DNA of 64,000 nucleotides, from NCBI GenBank assembly GCA_038087875.1, contig JAXLNO010000219.1, positions 1-64,000 on the forward strand, in the 5' to 3' direction. Below are positions 48,495 to 63,136 of this stretch, piece after piece; within the stretch, counting starts at the first letter, position 1, and every line of letters starts with the position of its first letter. The notes under the pieces are model-generated. The model saw only the letters and a program-made list of their open reading frames with translations. It was not told the DNA's origin and made no database searches. The stretch is from Malacoraja senta. Taxonomy: Eukaryota. Made by a program: the position numbers and the translations under genes.

Positions 48495-51209
48495 CTGGAA
48501 GTCATTAATTGAGAGAAAAAAGAGAATGGTAGATTTTTGCTGAATATAACTTGTTATTGTGAAACATTTCATATGAAAACTTCAATAGCTGTTACACATG
48601 TTTGCCGTAGAAAGGTGTTCACCAGCACTACTTAAAGCTGTCTCCAACTGCCGAGAAGGACAAGAACATCAGTTACAGAACCACTGCAAGTACACCTCCA
48701 ATTTGCACATCATACTGTCTTGGACATATCTCTGTCAAATCACTGGAGAGTTTCCTTTAGTGTGCCAGCCAATTTTATTCCCCAACTAAAATTGGAGATG
48801 TTATCATTGTTAAACCAGGGTTATATCAACTCTCTCAGTTGTAGGTAAAAGATCCCAAGGCACCATTTTAAAGAAAGGTAGAGACATTTTCCTGGCATCG
48901 TATACAATTAAAAATATATATGTATTTAGTTAGTCCCACAATTGTTGGGAGGAGGGGGGTCCCTGTGCACAAATTGGTTGTCACATTTTCTTTTATATGT
49001 GAAGCCTTTTGAGATATCATAAAGCCATGAAGGCCACTGTAAAAATGCAATGTGTAGGAAAGAACTGCAGATGTTGGTTTACACCGAAGATAGACACAAA
49101 ACGCGAAAGTAACTCAGCGGGACAGGCAGCATCTCTGGGGAAAAGGAATAGGTGACATTTCAGGTCAAGACCCTTCATCAGACTGAGGCAATCTACCCTT
49201 TTCCTATTTACCGTCAAGGACTCCTTTGTAATGCCTAATGACGTTGGTGTTGGAGGTATATTTCTTATGGTGTTGCCTTTGTTTTTTTAAGAGGAACGTT
49301 ACTGTGATAATTAGAGTCCCATAAAAGGGGAGCGTTATAGATGAAATGCAGATTAAATTATATTTTTCTGAAAACTGTGAATTTATAATCATATAAAGGC
49401 AGCAATAGATCCTGGTTTTAATTCCTAGTTTTTAATTGTGATGCAGGCAATGAGTTATAAACTCAGCTAGTGCAGTTGGAAGATCAAGTTATCAAGAAGA
49501 TCAAGAGTGTCTTAATTCCTGGATTTCACTAACGTGCTGCTGCTCCATTCCCTGTCTTAAAACAATAACTTGGAATGGATACTGTTTAACATATAATGCC
49601 TTGTGGGTGCCCACTGAAATGCAGGTATTGTGCATTGAGTTTGGGGTTCTGGAAGGCCCACACATGAGTGAAATCTGCTAAACTGGTGAGATCAATTGAC
49701 AATTGAAAAAGATAAATGCTAATAGCTCCTGCCATGTTAACTGGAAAAAAACAAGCCTTCTAATCATGTTAAAATGATAAGGCCTCCTATTTTTTGCTAC
49801 AGTATAGAAATGATGCAATTATTTTTTAGTCAAATCTGTCATCTGGAAGAAGATTTGGGCATTTGAAAATGATTAAGACAGAAGGTAATTCAGGTAATTT
49901 TAGCAAAATGTAAACAAAAAATTAACATATATTGAAAACAAAGCACCAAAATGTGCTCCCACAAACAGCAAAGTGTCATTAAGTTTAAGTGAGACTGAGA
50001 GAAATATATTGCCCAGGTTACTGGAGATAATTCATCCAGATTAGTGCAATGGGATGGTTTATATTCATCTGAGTGAGATGAGGGTTTCCAGTTAATGAAA
50101 TATGGCACCTTCAGTAGGGCAACAGCTCTGCACTGGAATGACAGCTTAGAATTATGCTTGAATCTGTGCCATGGAAATTAAGCCCATAACTTTGTGACTC
50201 AGAGCAAACTGCCACCCAGTCACCATTGCTTCTAAATCAATAGATTGTGAGTTTGTATCCCTTTCCAGAGACCTGTGCACAAAATCTAGGCAGATGCACC
50301 AGTGCAATAGTGAGGCAGTGCTGCAATGTGTACATTGATTGCATAATTTTCAGTTCGCTCTCTTAAATTTTCAATTAGATTTATTATTAAAGCACTGTGC
50401 AAAAAAACACGAAGATCCACTCGAATCATGGCAGGAAAGGTCAGATGTGGGACATAAATTAATAAAGTACAAATGTGAAAAGTAGCTAAACTCGAAGAGT
50501 GAAAATAGATTATATGGGCTGCCAGAGTGAGTAACAGTGGTAGAGTGTTTGTGATGTTCAGATAGAACCAGTTACTCTAAATGCAGAGAGAATGTGATGT
50601 GTCTGAGGGTTGGCAGCTTTTATTCTTCAGATCTTTCCTCGGGGCCTCAGGTTCTGGGGTAAATTTTACTATGTTGCCAGTTGTTAAAAAAAAAAGCAGC
50701 AGACTACAAATCTTCTGCTGTTATTTTACCCTTTGCTGGTTGCCCATTGAAAACATTAAAAATAAATCAAGGATCGGATTGATGTCGAAAAAGAGCTGCT
50801 GATCCACTCAGTGGTCGAGAATGCAACCCACTCCCCTAACAAGTAACTTTTTTTTCAAAACACCCTAGAGAAAGAAGATACACCAGCAATTTGTTGGGAC
50901 ATTCCCTGTAACCATGTAACAACGCTGAGCACAGAAAGCAATTGCATAACATGAGCAAAGTTTCACAGGTTCCCATTAAATTTGATGAGCAATTGAAGCA
51001 ATGTTGTTATCTAATCAGGGAGATTTCCTTGTAACGTCTTGTGTTCAGAGGAAATAGACTTATCTGGAGATTCATCCCTGGTGGTATAATTCACAGTCTC
51101 TGAATTTAATTCCATTGATTGGGGATAAATTTATGTACTGTTGATAGGAGCCGCCATAACTCTGACATTTTAATCACATCCTCACTGCACAGTATGAGAG
51201 GGGATCCTA

Positions 51210-51590
51210 TTGAAACATATAAGATTTTAAGGGATTGGACATGCTAGAAGCAGGAAACATGTTCCCGATGTTGGGGGAGTCCAGAACCAGGGGCCACAAT
51301 TTAGGAATAAGGGGTAGGCATTTAGGACTGAGATGAGGAAAAACTTCTTCACCCAGAGAGTTTTGAATCTGTGGAATTCTCTGCCACAGAATGCAGTGGA
51401 GGCAATTCACCGGATGTTTTCATGAGAGAGTTAGATTTACAGTAGCTCTTTGGGCTAAAGGAATCAAGGGATATGGGGGAAAAGCAGTAACTGGGTACTG
51501 ATTTTAGATGATCAGCCATGATCATATTGAATGGCGGTGCTGGCACGAAGGGCCGAATGGCCTACTCCTACACCTATTTTTCTATGTTTT
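51210..51590 (+). mobile_element. CR1 3' end abutting a CPNE4 splice donor
   Basis: GDPIETYKIL...RTRGHNL...FFTQRV plus a CR1 3' stem-loop and TTCTATGT. Confidence 0.85.
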
Positions 51591-51592
51591 TA

Positions 51593-51685
<93 letters not shown>

Positions 51686-53549
51686 TTAAAAAATAAAATT
51701 AAGTCTTGCCTTAATAGGAAACACGTTACCAATTTATAATTGTTTAAAAATTGCTGTGTGTATATAATGACCTATTCTTGGGGCAGAGAAAGAATGAGTG
51801 GGGATCCGCTATATTAATTAGTCCAGTGGCCATTTTAACCAATCAATAGTCAAAGCATCAAAATATTCAAATTGCTTCTTCCTTTAGTGGCATATACATT
51901 ACAAGATACAATAGCTACCAAAAGCTGAGTGAAAATCATTCCTGTGAATCACCTCATGATTCAACATTGATATTTTTGCACCAATTTTATAAATTTTCAT
52001 CAAAAACAGAATCGATAAGAGACTTGCATTTCTGCAGCACTTTTATAACCTCGTACTGAATGAGGTAGCATTGTTAATGTTGTAATCTTGAAATAGAACA
52101 CCCAATTTCTGCACAATAAGTTTCCTCAAATGACAATTTATAATGACTGGATCAATCCTGTACACGTTAACTGAAGGATAAATATTGGCCACAACACTGG
52201 GGAGAATTTCCCTGCACTCCTTTCAATGCAGCTACTTAATTTCCAAATTATAGCATTTCTGAGAGTACAGTATTCCCTCGGGATATCTCTGGAATTCAGG
52301 ATAGATCTATTATTAGAATTTTCTATTAGGTTGGGTGATTACTGGAACCACATTAGGAGGGAGCTTGAGAAATAATCAATAAGTCCATGGCACCAGGGTA
52401 AAAACTTATAAAAGTTAAAGACAGATATTGTTGAAAATAATGTAGACAGAACTCATTAATATTCCCATAGAATATTAGGAGCATAAATTGAGTTTAGTTG
52501 CACTTTTTTACTAACTATTGAAATGCTCATAAATTATGTGAGTGTGCACTTAAATATTCATCATTTTCTAATTTATCTATGGTTCCCATTCCTTCCTATC
52601 TCCATAATTCCAAATGTTTGAGTTTGTTGTTGTCATATTTTGGGCTATTCATTATCTTTCAATTGAATTGGTTCCTTAAGGAGTGATTTCAACCTACCAT
52701 GACCTATCTGGAATGCCCTCTACATTTCTCTCCATCTTCTTTTATTTTAAGACATTCCTTCTAAACTATCCTTCTGGAGAAGCCGTTGGTCATTTTTGTT
52801 AAGTTCCCATAATGCGTCTCTTAGTTAAATTTTGCTTAAAAAGGGCAATGCGTTTATGCTTTGTTTTGTTAAATGCATTACCTATAGTGCCTGTTATTTT
52901 CACAAAGACAAGCCTTAATTGTTTCCACCATGCTACTGCATATATATTGAGATTTGCAGCCCATGAAGAAAGAAATACAGTTCCATCCTATTCAGCCTTT
53001 CCTTATAGTAAACTGTTCCACTCAGGAAACAATGCAATGAATCAATATTACACTGTCTCCAGAGCAGATATATCATAGAATATAGTACAGTACAGAAATG
53101 GGCCCTCCGGCCCACAATGTTTGTGCCGAACATGATGCCTAGTTAAACTGATCTCAGTTTAGGAGAAAATCCTATTGCAAAGAATTCTCTCCAGCCGTTT
53201 TCCTACCACTGACGTGGGTCTCACTGGCCTATATTTCCCTGGTTCTCTCTACTTTCTTTCGTAAACAAAGGAACAACATTGGCCATTCTCCAGTCCTCCG
53301 GAACCTCGTGGTGGCTAGAGAAGAAACATCCCAATGTAAGGAGAGCAAAACTGCACATGGTGCTCCATATCTGCAACCAAACGTCTATACAATTGCAGCA
53401 AAACTTCCTTACAATTGTAATCTAAGCCCCTTGTAATAAAGGTCAGCATTTCATTTCTCTTCTTATTGCTTGTTGTTCTTTATATTTAGTTTCTGCCTTT
53501 CATGTATCTACACAAAAGATATCTCACTCTAATGCCACCACTTCCTTAG

Positions 53550-54146
53550 ATAGCTTAGGAAAATCAACATGTCCCCAACAACACTCACCAACTTCTACAG
53601 ATGTGCCATTGAAAAGATTTTATCGGGATGCATCACAGCATGGTTTTAGAATAGCTCCATCCAAGGCCACAAGATATTGCAGAGCTGTGGACATAGCCCA
53701 GACCATCACACAAATCAATCTGCCTTCCATTGACTCTCGCTACACCATGCTGCCTCGGCAAGGCCACCCGCACAATCAAGGACCAGTCTCACTCTGGTCA
53801 CTTTGTGTTCTCCCTTCTCCCATCAACCAAAAGATACAGATGTTTGAAAACGCATACCTCGAGATTCAGGAGCAGTTTCTTCCCAGCTGTTATCAGGCAA
53901 CTGAACACTCCTCTCACCGGCTAGAGCGGTCCTGACTTCCCATCTACCTCATTGGAGAGCTTTGAACTATCTTTAATCAGACTTTATCTTGTATGCACTA
54001 AATGTTGTACCCTTTATCCTTGATCTGTACACTGTGATTGAAATCTTTGATTGTAATCATGTATAATCTTTTCGTTGACTGGATAGCAAGCAATTAAAAG
54101 CTTTTCACTGCACCTCAGTACACGTGACAATAATAAACTAAACTAA
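53550..54146 (+). mobile_element. Rex1/Babar-like 3' fragment
   Basis: TLTNFYRCAIE, FRSSFFPAVIRQLN, 3' stem-loop and (TAAAC)n tail. Confidence 0.75.
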
Positions 54147-54518
54147 TTGTACACCAATATTTATAGGTCTCTCCCAATATAAAAGATGCTCTGTTTTCCC
54201 ATTTTTTCTTGGTGGGAAAAGTCATAACGATAAGTGCATCTTGTTACCAGAATAACATGACATGTACATCACTCAGCAGAGTTGTTTGTTGCTCAGAAAT
54301 AAAAGCTTGCAAATGCTTTCTCACTGAAGCAGTTACTTTAAATTATTTGCAGAAACCGTGAATGCAGATGAAATTCTTGTTTAAATCCATTGATATCAAT
54401 ACTTAACCTACAGTGCAATCTCTATCTGGTTCTTAGGAATAAGCCGATAAGGCAAGTACCAATCACTCGGCTCCGTACCTCAATGGAATAAAACTCGAGT
54501 CTTTTGGTAGCACTTTTA

Positions 54519-54674
<156 letters not shown>

Positions 54675-55169
54675 TCAGTCATCATTAACAAAAATCATTA
54701 AAAACCCGTCAATTGATGCAGGACAAAGTCAGAAAGCCAAATTATTCTAAATGTTCGAAATGTAAAATAAACACACATTAAAAATATTCAGTAGATCAAG
54801 CAGCATGTGTGGAAAAAGAAACAAAGTTAACGTTTCAGACTGAAGATAGTTCCTCCAAACTCTTGATGAATGCTCATTGACACCATCTATCTTTCTCATG
54901 GACGCTACCTGACTGAGTATTTTTGGTATTTTCTGTTCTTAGTCAGGAGAAAGTTACTTTACCACAGTGAAGCAATGTGAAGCAGACGAGATTCACTCGG
55001 ATTTTACTTGGGGTGGAAGAAATTATTGCTTAGGCTGGGTTTGCTTTCCTTGGAACACCAAAACATGAGGGAGGATTTGAATGAGGTGTACAAAATAATG
55101 AGGGATATATATACTGTATATATATATATATATAGTAGATGGTGAGACACTTTCCCCTTTCAAATATCC

Positions 55170-55991
55170 ATCCATGACCATTAAATATTTGAGGAGCGCC
55201 AAAACGCGACAAAAAATGCCTTCGCCTTCAACATCACGGATCGCAATATCAGGACAAAACAAATGTATGTCATTTATTTAACATATCGTGCTATTTGTTG
55301 TGGCTTAATTTTAATCTTATGATGATGAGAAAATGTTATTTCGGCATGTTACGAATCGGCCATGTCTGGCCTGCCGATACGAGCTTAAAAATTATGGCAA
55401 CGGCACCATTCCAATCGATCACATTCCAAAAACATCCACTCTCAAGATAATCAAATTCATTATTTTTTTGCACATTCATGTCATAAAAACATCTAAATCA
55501 TCTATATTTTGTGTTATTGTCTATCCACGATTAATATTTTCATACTAAATATCCACAATACAGTTTTAGTCAGATGTATTGTGCAAAAAATAATGATTTT
55601 GATTATCTTGAGAGTGGACGTTTCTGGATTCATGGGAATTAAACTTTAAATTCCTTCCATTTGGCATATAAATTCATGACAAAGTGAGATTTAAAAATCA
55701 TGTTTATTTTTTTTTATTTTTTTTCTCTTTCTCTTTTCTTTTCTTAGGGCCTATTTCTTAACTCTTTTTCTTTTTGTTTTTAATTTCGCTCTTATAGGGT
55801 CTTCGTCCTTTTTTGTTGTTACATTTTCTACACTTTTCTACACTTGCACTTTTTCCTTCACTTTCTTCTCTCTTTCAATCTTTTCTTTTTCTAGTGTAAA
55901 AAAATAAATAAAGGGAGTACATTAATTGTAAGAAGATATAAATGACGAGTATTAATGTATGTGGTTGTAATGTAATGTACTTCTAATAAAT

Positions 55992-56033
<42 letters not shown>

Positions 56034-57157
56034 GTTGTGAATTCTTGTGAATGGGATCAGTTTGTTATTTGGATACTTAGGCTATTTAATTTTTTTAGCC
56101 TTTTCTTAAGAAATGGATAGATGGATAGATGTTTAGATCTAGTAATTGAATTTAGATGAATTTAATTGATTAGATGAAACTGATGAATATTAATTTTTTG
56201 TTGGGTATTTACTATTTGTTTAGCGTTTAACTTTATCATTTCTACCTTTTTTTCTAAAACTGCAAATAATAACTTGTTTCTGTTAATGCTGTTCAGTGTC
56301 TTTTTTTCCTTTACATTTTAAACAGATGTCTCCGAAGAAGAAATGCAAAATTGTCAATCTAAATGCCCAGCAAAAGAAACTGATTTAGACAGCCTTCGCA
56401 GAGATTATCTGAATTTGGACTACTCCAAATGTGATGATCTACAGGACATTCTTAATGGGAAAGTAGAGGGGAGAAAGGCATGTCATGCGTGGTTTGAAGA
56501 GCAAAAAATTGAAAAGTTGAGGAAAAACAAGGTGTACAGAGTTGCTTATTGGTTACAATCTGAGGTGTATGATGATGCTACTGATTATGATATGCCAATG
56601 TACCAGCTAGCAACTGATCTTCTCCATAAAGACTTGGTCTATTGCTAGAAATTGAAATTTATTTACCTACCTGTTACGGACTTACAGCATATAATACAAT
56701 AATATTAAAGTTCTGATCTTGAGAATATCACATTTTTGAATTTTCAAGGCACTCGGTTTTTATTACTATTTCCGTCACAACGGTCAATTTTGTAATTAGT
56801 TGCAATTAGGTAACTAACTAATTATATGCTTTAATTTCAGGCCATCCAAGTAAGATGTTTTATATTTGTTTCAGAATGCTTCAATCTATAATAACTGAAA
56901 ATGTCATTCAGTTCTCTTAATTTTTAAGAAAGTTATGGGCTTTTGACTGTCCTCGATCACATCTTTTGTGTGAAGTCAATGAAAAAGCAATACGGAACAA
57001 GATGCTAATTTCCGAGTATGAAAATGACCATAACTTATTTTAATACTGAAGATATGAAAGTGAATTAAGTATCAAATTAAAGTTCTGTTTATGCTTTATC
57101 TGTTGGGATAAATTACAGGCTTGATTTTTAAAATCTCAAAATTTTGTAACATTCCTA
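55170..57157. mobile_element. Unclassified AT-rich putative DNA-transposon derivative with an internal inverted repeat and a residual coding exon
   Basis: Inverted repeat at ~55433-55475 and ~55580-55620. ORF 56326-56648 follows an acceptor. Composition differs from the LINE flanks; boundaries are approximate. Confidence 0.45.
55705..56024 (+). mobile_element. Poly(A)-tailed L1/Tx1-type 3' end insertion
   Basis: AAAAATCATGTT TSD at 55693-55704 and 56025-56036, at a TT|AAAAA site. AATAAA followed by a ~25-30 nt pure A tract. Confidence 0.8.
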
Positions 57158-57794
57158 CATCAAGTATTTGCCTATACTAATCCCATTTACCAGTAGCTGA
57201 TTCAGTGCCTTTTATGCCGTGGAGTTCAGGCTCATCTACATACTTCTTAAATGTTGTGGGAGTATCAGTTCTGGAACCCATGACTATCCTCCTCACTATC
57301 AACATCACCAGCAATTTCTGTGTCATCTGTGACTCTGTAATTATCCAAATCATTGATGTACATTAACAAATGGAAATAAACCAAGCACTGATAACCTGCA
57401 CAACACCACTGAGCACAAGCTTGTATTACAAAACTAATTTTCAACTATCACCCATTGCCTCCTATCACCAAACCAATTTCAGATCCTTCCCCCCCTTTCC
57501 TCTGCTAAAAGTCAGTTAACCACTTACACAGTTCACAACAGTGTATACCTCTTGGGATCACACCGTGCCTGGCACATAATCGGTAATCAGTTGTTGGCTC
57601 TGATTTGTCTTGGACTTTTCATACTTAAAGTTCCACCCACCCCTTACAATCTCGTCTCAAAACGTCACCTATCCATTTTCTCCAGAGATGCTGCCTAACC
57701 CGCTGAGTTACTCCAGCATTGTGTGTCTGTATAAACCAGCATCTGCAGTTCCTTTCTATTAAATTCAGATCTAATTTGCCAAACTGCCCAGTAA

Positions 57795-59030
57795 GAGGTT
57801 CACTTGCAGCTCCTCCAACCTCATCTACTGTATCCGTTGTTCAAGATGTGGACTCTTATACATCGGTGAGACCAAATGTAGACTGGGTGAATGTTTCGCT
57901 GAACACCTTCACTCAGTCCACCTGGATCTACCTGATCTCCTGATTGCTAAACACTTTAATTCCCACACTGACCTTTCTGTCCTAGGTCTCCTCCATTGTC
58001 AGAGTGAGGTTGAATGCAAATTGGGAAAACAGCATCTCATATTTCTCTTGGGCAGCTTATAGCCCAGTGATATGAATATTGATTTCTCTAACTTCAAGTA
58101 AACCCGGCATTCCCTCTCTCTCCATCCCTCCCACACCCAAGTTGCACCAGCTACTCGTTTTCACCCAACGTGCAGCTAACAATGGCCTGTTTCCTTTAGC
58201 ATAGTTACTTTGTTGCATATCTTTCAGCCACCAGGTGGTGCCAGCAATGGTTGCCTCGCCAACAGTCTGTCTGTCCCGTCCTTCTTTGTTGTCGGCCTAA
58301 CAAAGAGGAGTTGGTGGCCTTTGCTGGAGATCAACTTTGGGAGCTCCAACCGCGGGAGCCTGTGGACTTACCATCGTGGAACTCGCGATCCCTGTCGGGG
58401 ATCGACCTCGGAGCTCTAGCCGTGGGAGCCTGCGGACTTTAACATGGTGGAGCTTGCAATCCCTGGTTAGAGACCGACTCCGGGAGGTCGTAGACGCGGG
58501 AGCTTCGAATGCCCCAACGCAGGAGCTCGATCACCCCGACGCGGGGGCTTTGAATGCCCCAATGCAGGAGCTTCAACCGCCCCGACGCGGGGGCTTTGAA
58601 TGCCCCAACGCAGGAGCTTCGATTGCCCCGACTGCAAGAGAATAAGGAGAAAGAAGATTGGACTTTATTGCCTTCGATCACAGTGAGGAATGTGGGGCAT
58701 TTGCTATGGTGGATTTTTATGTTCATTTTTATGTAGTTGTGTGTCTAATTGCTTATTTTTTAGTATGGCTGTATGGTAATTCGAGTTTCACTGTACCTTA
58801 ATTGGTAAATGTGACAAACTTTCCTTTGAACCTTTGATCTTTCATTCATTATGTCTGTACATCATCGTCTATATCTTTCATTTCCCTTTCCCCTGACTAG
58901 TCTGAAGAAGGGTCTCGACCCGAAATGTCACCCATTCCTTCTCTCCAGAGATGCTGCCTGCCCCGCTGAATTACTCCAGCTTTTAGTGTCTATCTTCGAT
59001 TTAAACCAGCAGCTGCAGTTCCTTCCTACA
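57795..59030 (+). mobile_element. Penelope-like element 3' part (GIY-YIG endonuclease and pLTR), interrupted by 58227-58836
   Basis: FTCSSSNLIYCIRCSRCGLLYIGETKCRLGECFAEH...HFNSH...LIFLLGSL*PSDMNIDFSNFK*, then a hammerhead-like motif at 58902-58929. Confidence 0.85.
58227..58836 (+). mobile_element. Rex-tailed non-autonomous element with internal ~45-bp tandem repeats
   Basis: ATCTTTCA TSD at 58219-58226 and 58837-58844. GCCTTCGATCACAGTGAGG motif; repeats at 58493-58632. Confidence 0.75.
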
Positions 59031-59759
59031 CATCCTTTGGCTCTAACCTTTTGGCCCAGAGTTCCATGTTACCTTGTCAAAGGCCTTACTGAAACCCATA
59101 TAGACTATGTTAATCACACTGTCCTCATCAACACCTAGGTTACCTTTTCAATAAATCCGGCAAATGAATCATACAGGATCCCTCCTTAACAAAGTCTTGC
59201 TTGCTACCTTTGATGAATTCCTGCCTCTCCAAATGTATATTAATCCTCTCTCTAAACATTTTCTAATAATGTTCCTACCACTGTTACCAGCCTGTAAGTA
59301 GCTAGCTTATCCCTCCCTTACTGCGAGGAAGAGAGAGAGGATAGTAATGAAAGAAAACTGCTGGAGAAAAATCACAGGGTAATGAGCAGAGCCATCCTTT
59401 GACAGTTTTTCTGTCAGGCAACGGTGAACGATCATGGAGCTTGAGTAGGAAGGCGTGTCACATTTGGTTTGTAAATCACAGCTGCAATTTTTGTTTACCT
59501 GGGTGTTAATCATCTCAAAGGAAATATTGATTTGGGATATTTCAACAAGTCTGAACAAAATCCCTGAGACCAATAAACTGCTTCACATCAGGAAATTGCT
59601 GTTCATCTGAACAGAAACAGAAATAGAAACACGACTGATTTTGTTCCAAAGCAAAAACTGGACTAAATTCTAAATACCATCGTTTCCCATGCTTATGGTA
59701 AAATTTGCAAATAATATGATTCTGATATTTCTCCACATACTGTTTTATTAATTTAGCAT

Positions 59760-60275
59760 CGTAGAGAGATAGGCACGTTAACACCTTTTGCCCACGAGTC
59801 TGCAATATCACCCACCCATTCACACTAATCCCATTTTTTATTCTCCCCACATTCTCATCAATTGCACAGTGGCGGCAGAGTGGTGCAGTGGGTCACAGTG
59901 CCAGAGACCTGGGTTTGATCCTGACCTCGGGTGCTCTCTGTGTGTGGATTTCGCATAATCTCCCAGTGTCCATGTTAGTTTCCTCTGGGTGCTCTGGTTT
60001 CCTCCCACATCCCAAAGATGTGAGAGTTTGTACGTTAATTGGCTGTTGTAAATTGTCCCTTGTAGGGAGTGGGTGAGAAAGTGGGATAACATAGATCAAA
60101 TGTGAACAGGTGATCGATAGTCGGCATTCCATCCCTCAACTAAACTGCCCCCAGATTCTATCAGCCACATGTACAATTTATAGCAGCCAACTGACTCACA
60201 CATCTTTGAGATATGGGGGAAACTGGAGCACCTGGAGGAAACCCACTCAGTCACAGGGAGAACATGCAGACTCTG
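59760..60275. mobile_element. HE1-like SINE (+, ~59865-60130) nested in an antisense HE1-like SINE
   Basis: GCACAGTGGCGGCAG head with V core; flanking pieces are the reverse complement of the same family. Confidence 0.7.
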
Positions 60276-60711
60276 CATGTTCTGTGACTCTTGCTTTCCA
60301 ATTGAAAAGATTGATAATTTAAATTCAGCACCAACAGATTATTCACATTCTCATCAGATAAAAGGGTTTTCTCTGTATCCAGAAATATCTAGCAGTCTAT
60401 ATGATTTTCCCACTGGATATATTTATCAACTAGAGGATGCAGAGCAGTGCAGCTGAGGCAAACTTTGATCTTCCATCTTCCTACTTGCTCATCTCTCCCC
60501 AATTAAGACCATTAAGTGACATGGCAAGTATTTTATTCAATGCGCATGGACATAAACATGGGCAGAGCAAAAGTAGCTGTAACCCACTTGATGAAATAAA
60601 TAGTGCTTTTATAAATAAATCAGGCTTTTCCTCAAAGCACGTATCACACAGACATTCCTGCCCAGTAAGGTGCTTTGGCAGTTACAGCACGATATTGGAA
60701 GCTGGACGTTA

Positions 60712-60861
<150 letters not shown>

Positions 60862-62907
60862 TTAGACAGACTTTATTGTAAACAAGTGTGGAGTTAAAGA
60901 CTTGCAATTCAATGCAAGAATTACAATTTCACTGGTTGGGGGGGGGGGGGGGGTGGGGGAGGGTCAAATATACACATTACAGATGTGCACTCATACCTGC
61001 CCATTCTTAATGTGATTACAGATTATTTCAGAGGGACTGACTCATGGCAGCTTGGATCTTTCCCAGCTATCTCGCCTTGCAAGTGCTCCTGAATCCAATT
61101 CAACAAGAGAAGCAAGCCATTGATATGCAAGATGACCACTGGGATGTGGATCCTGATTTTAATCAGATTTTAAGAATAAGAATTAGCAGAATTAATTTTA
61201 AAATAAGAAAGCAAAAATGTTTTGGATGAAATCCTCATCATTTTAAAGTAATTATTGGAAGGTGTGTATTGCATTCTGAATATAGAGAAAATACAGTTAT
61301 ATGGAGGGACAACTTTATCGAAGGACGGATCTTGATGCAAACTTTAGCCGTGTCACCAACCAAAACTTTGCACCAGCCATGAAAGGTAATGGAGGGTAGA
61401 TGACTAAAAGATTGGTTAAGAAGGGAACTGGGTAACTATGTTAAGGAAATAAAACCTACAGTTATATGGAATGTGCAGGAAATTAGAATAAATATAATGC
61501 TCCTTGAAAGAGACAGCATAGTTATATAGTTGAATCATAGTTATATACTTGAATGACCTCATGCTGAATATATTACAAGACCATGAGGAGGAAGTGCTGG
61601 AGTTGGCCATATTGCTTCCCGACACTACTCCACTATTCAGCGGGATCATGATTTAGGACATCTTCCAGCCAATCTCCGCAACCCAATTACCATCATATCT
61701 GAAAGCTCATCAGTCTCCGACCTAAATATGTTCAACAACTGACCGTCCATTCCAGATAATGATTCTAAAGATTAACAATTATGTTCACTTAGAAATGTTC
61801 CTTTATTTTAGTTCCTAATAGCTGAACTCTTATTCTGAGATTAAGCCCAAGTTCTGGACTAGAGAAAACAGCCTTTTGGCATCTACTTTGTCAAAACCTC
61901 TCACTTATGAGCACGTTGCCATATTAAGCCAAATAGATATAATATGTGTGTGTCTCATATCCTTGTAATATCTCAAAAACATTTAGAGAGTTATTTTTTA
62001 AAATGAGAATTTGTAGTTTCTGCGTGTACCTTGAATTCACTGCTCGCGGCCTTCCTATGACACACCCTGTGGATCATCATTGGCATGATTACAGCAGCAG
62101 GAATACAAGTCTGCTGCCTGACATGTGCTTCCAAGGTTTGTGACTTTGACCATTACGTTCAATAGATTCAGTCACTGTTCATGGCATTGAATAATATTCA
62201 GTCAATCTCCATACATTACTGTGGATTTTTTACACAAATGCGAGACATCTCGTCTGACTTCACTCAGGGCAGCATGAACTCAGGGCAATTTCTGCATGTG
62301 CAGTAAGAAGTGACGGCCATAATATTTATCAGGACACTGTGATAGGACTAAGAGTTTTTTCGTCACACGGCGTTCTAGTTGACTTGTGTTAAAGATTGAA
62401 GAGTATATCACCTGAGCATTTAAAACGTTAATATATTTCAGTAAGATATTTGCAGGAAAATTATTTATTTTTGGTTGATGAACAAAAACAAGAGGAGCTA
62501 AATCTTAAAAGTAGAGGAATAAATTAAGAGGAATATCGGAAGCTCTATTTCCTCATGCGGAAGAGTGAACATTTGTGGCCTTCTGCTCTAGACACCAAGG
62601 TTGATAGCATTTTGTTAGAACATAATAAGAACATATGAAACTAGAGGATGAGGTCATACAGCACCAAAGGCCAATGTCGGCACTCGGTGGGATCTACACT
62701 GCCCTCACATTCGTCAACCGTGTTGGTGTCCAAAAATCGTATATTCTTTGAAACACTCAACTGCTGAACATCCACAGCAAGTTAAGCAAGGAGATCGAGA
62801 GCTTATAGGTAAGGGGGATACATGAATATATATAGATATGGATCCACCAGACTAATAGTGGAATAGTTGTTCCTATGTTGATTTGTGGGTGGTCACAGCT
62901 AACATTA

Positions 62908-63136
62908 CCATATAATAACCATTACAGCACGGAAACAGGCCATCTCGGCCCTTCAAGTCCGTGCCGAACACTTTAAAAAAATTTTTTTTTTTTACTTCCC
63001 CCTAGTCCTCAAACCAAAACCCTCCATTCCTTTCCCGTCCATATACCCATCCAATCTATTTTTAAAGGATAAAATCTAACCTGCCTCCACCACTTCCACT
63101 GGAAGCTCATTCCACACAGCTACCACTCTCTGAGTA
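62908..63136 (-). mobile_element. Short CR1 3' end, near-identical to 10284-10525
   Basis: Shares ACCATTACAGCACGGAAACAGGCCATCTCGGCCC...ACCACTCTCTGAGTAA with that copy. Confidence 0.9.
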
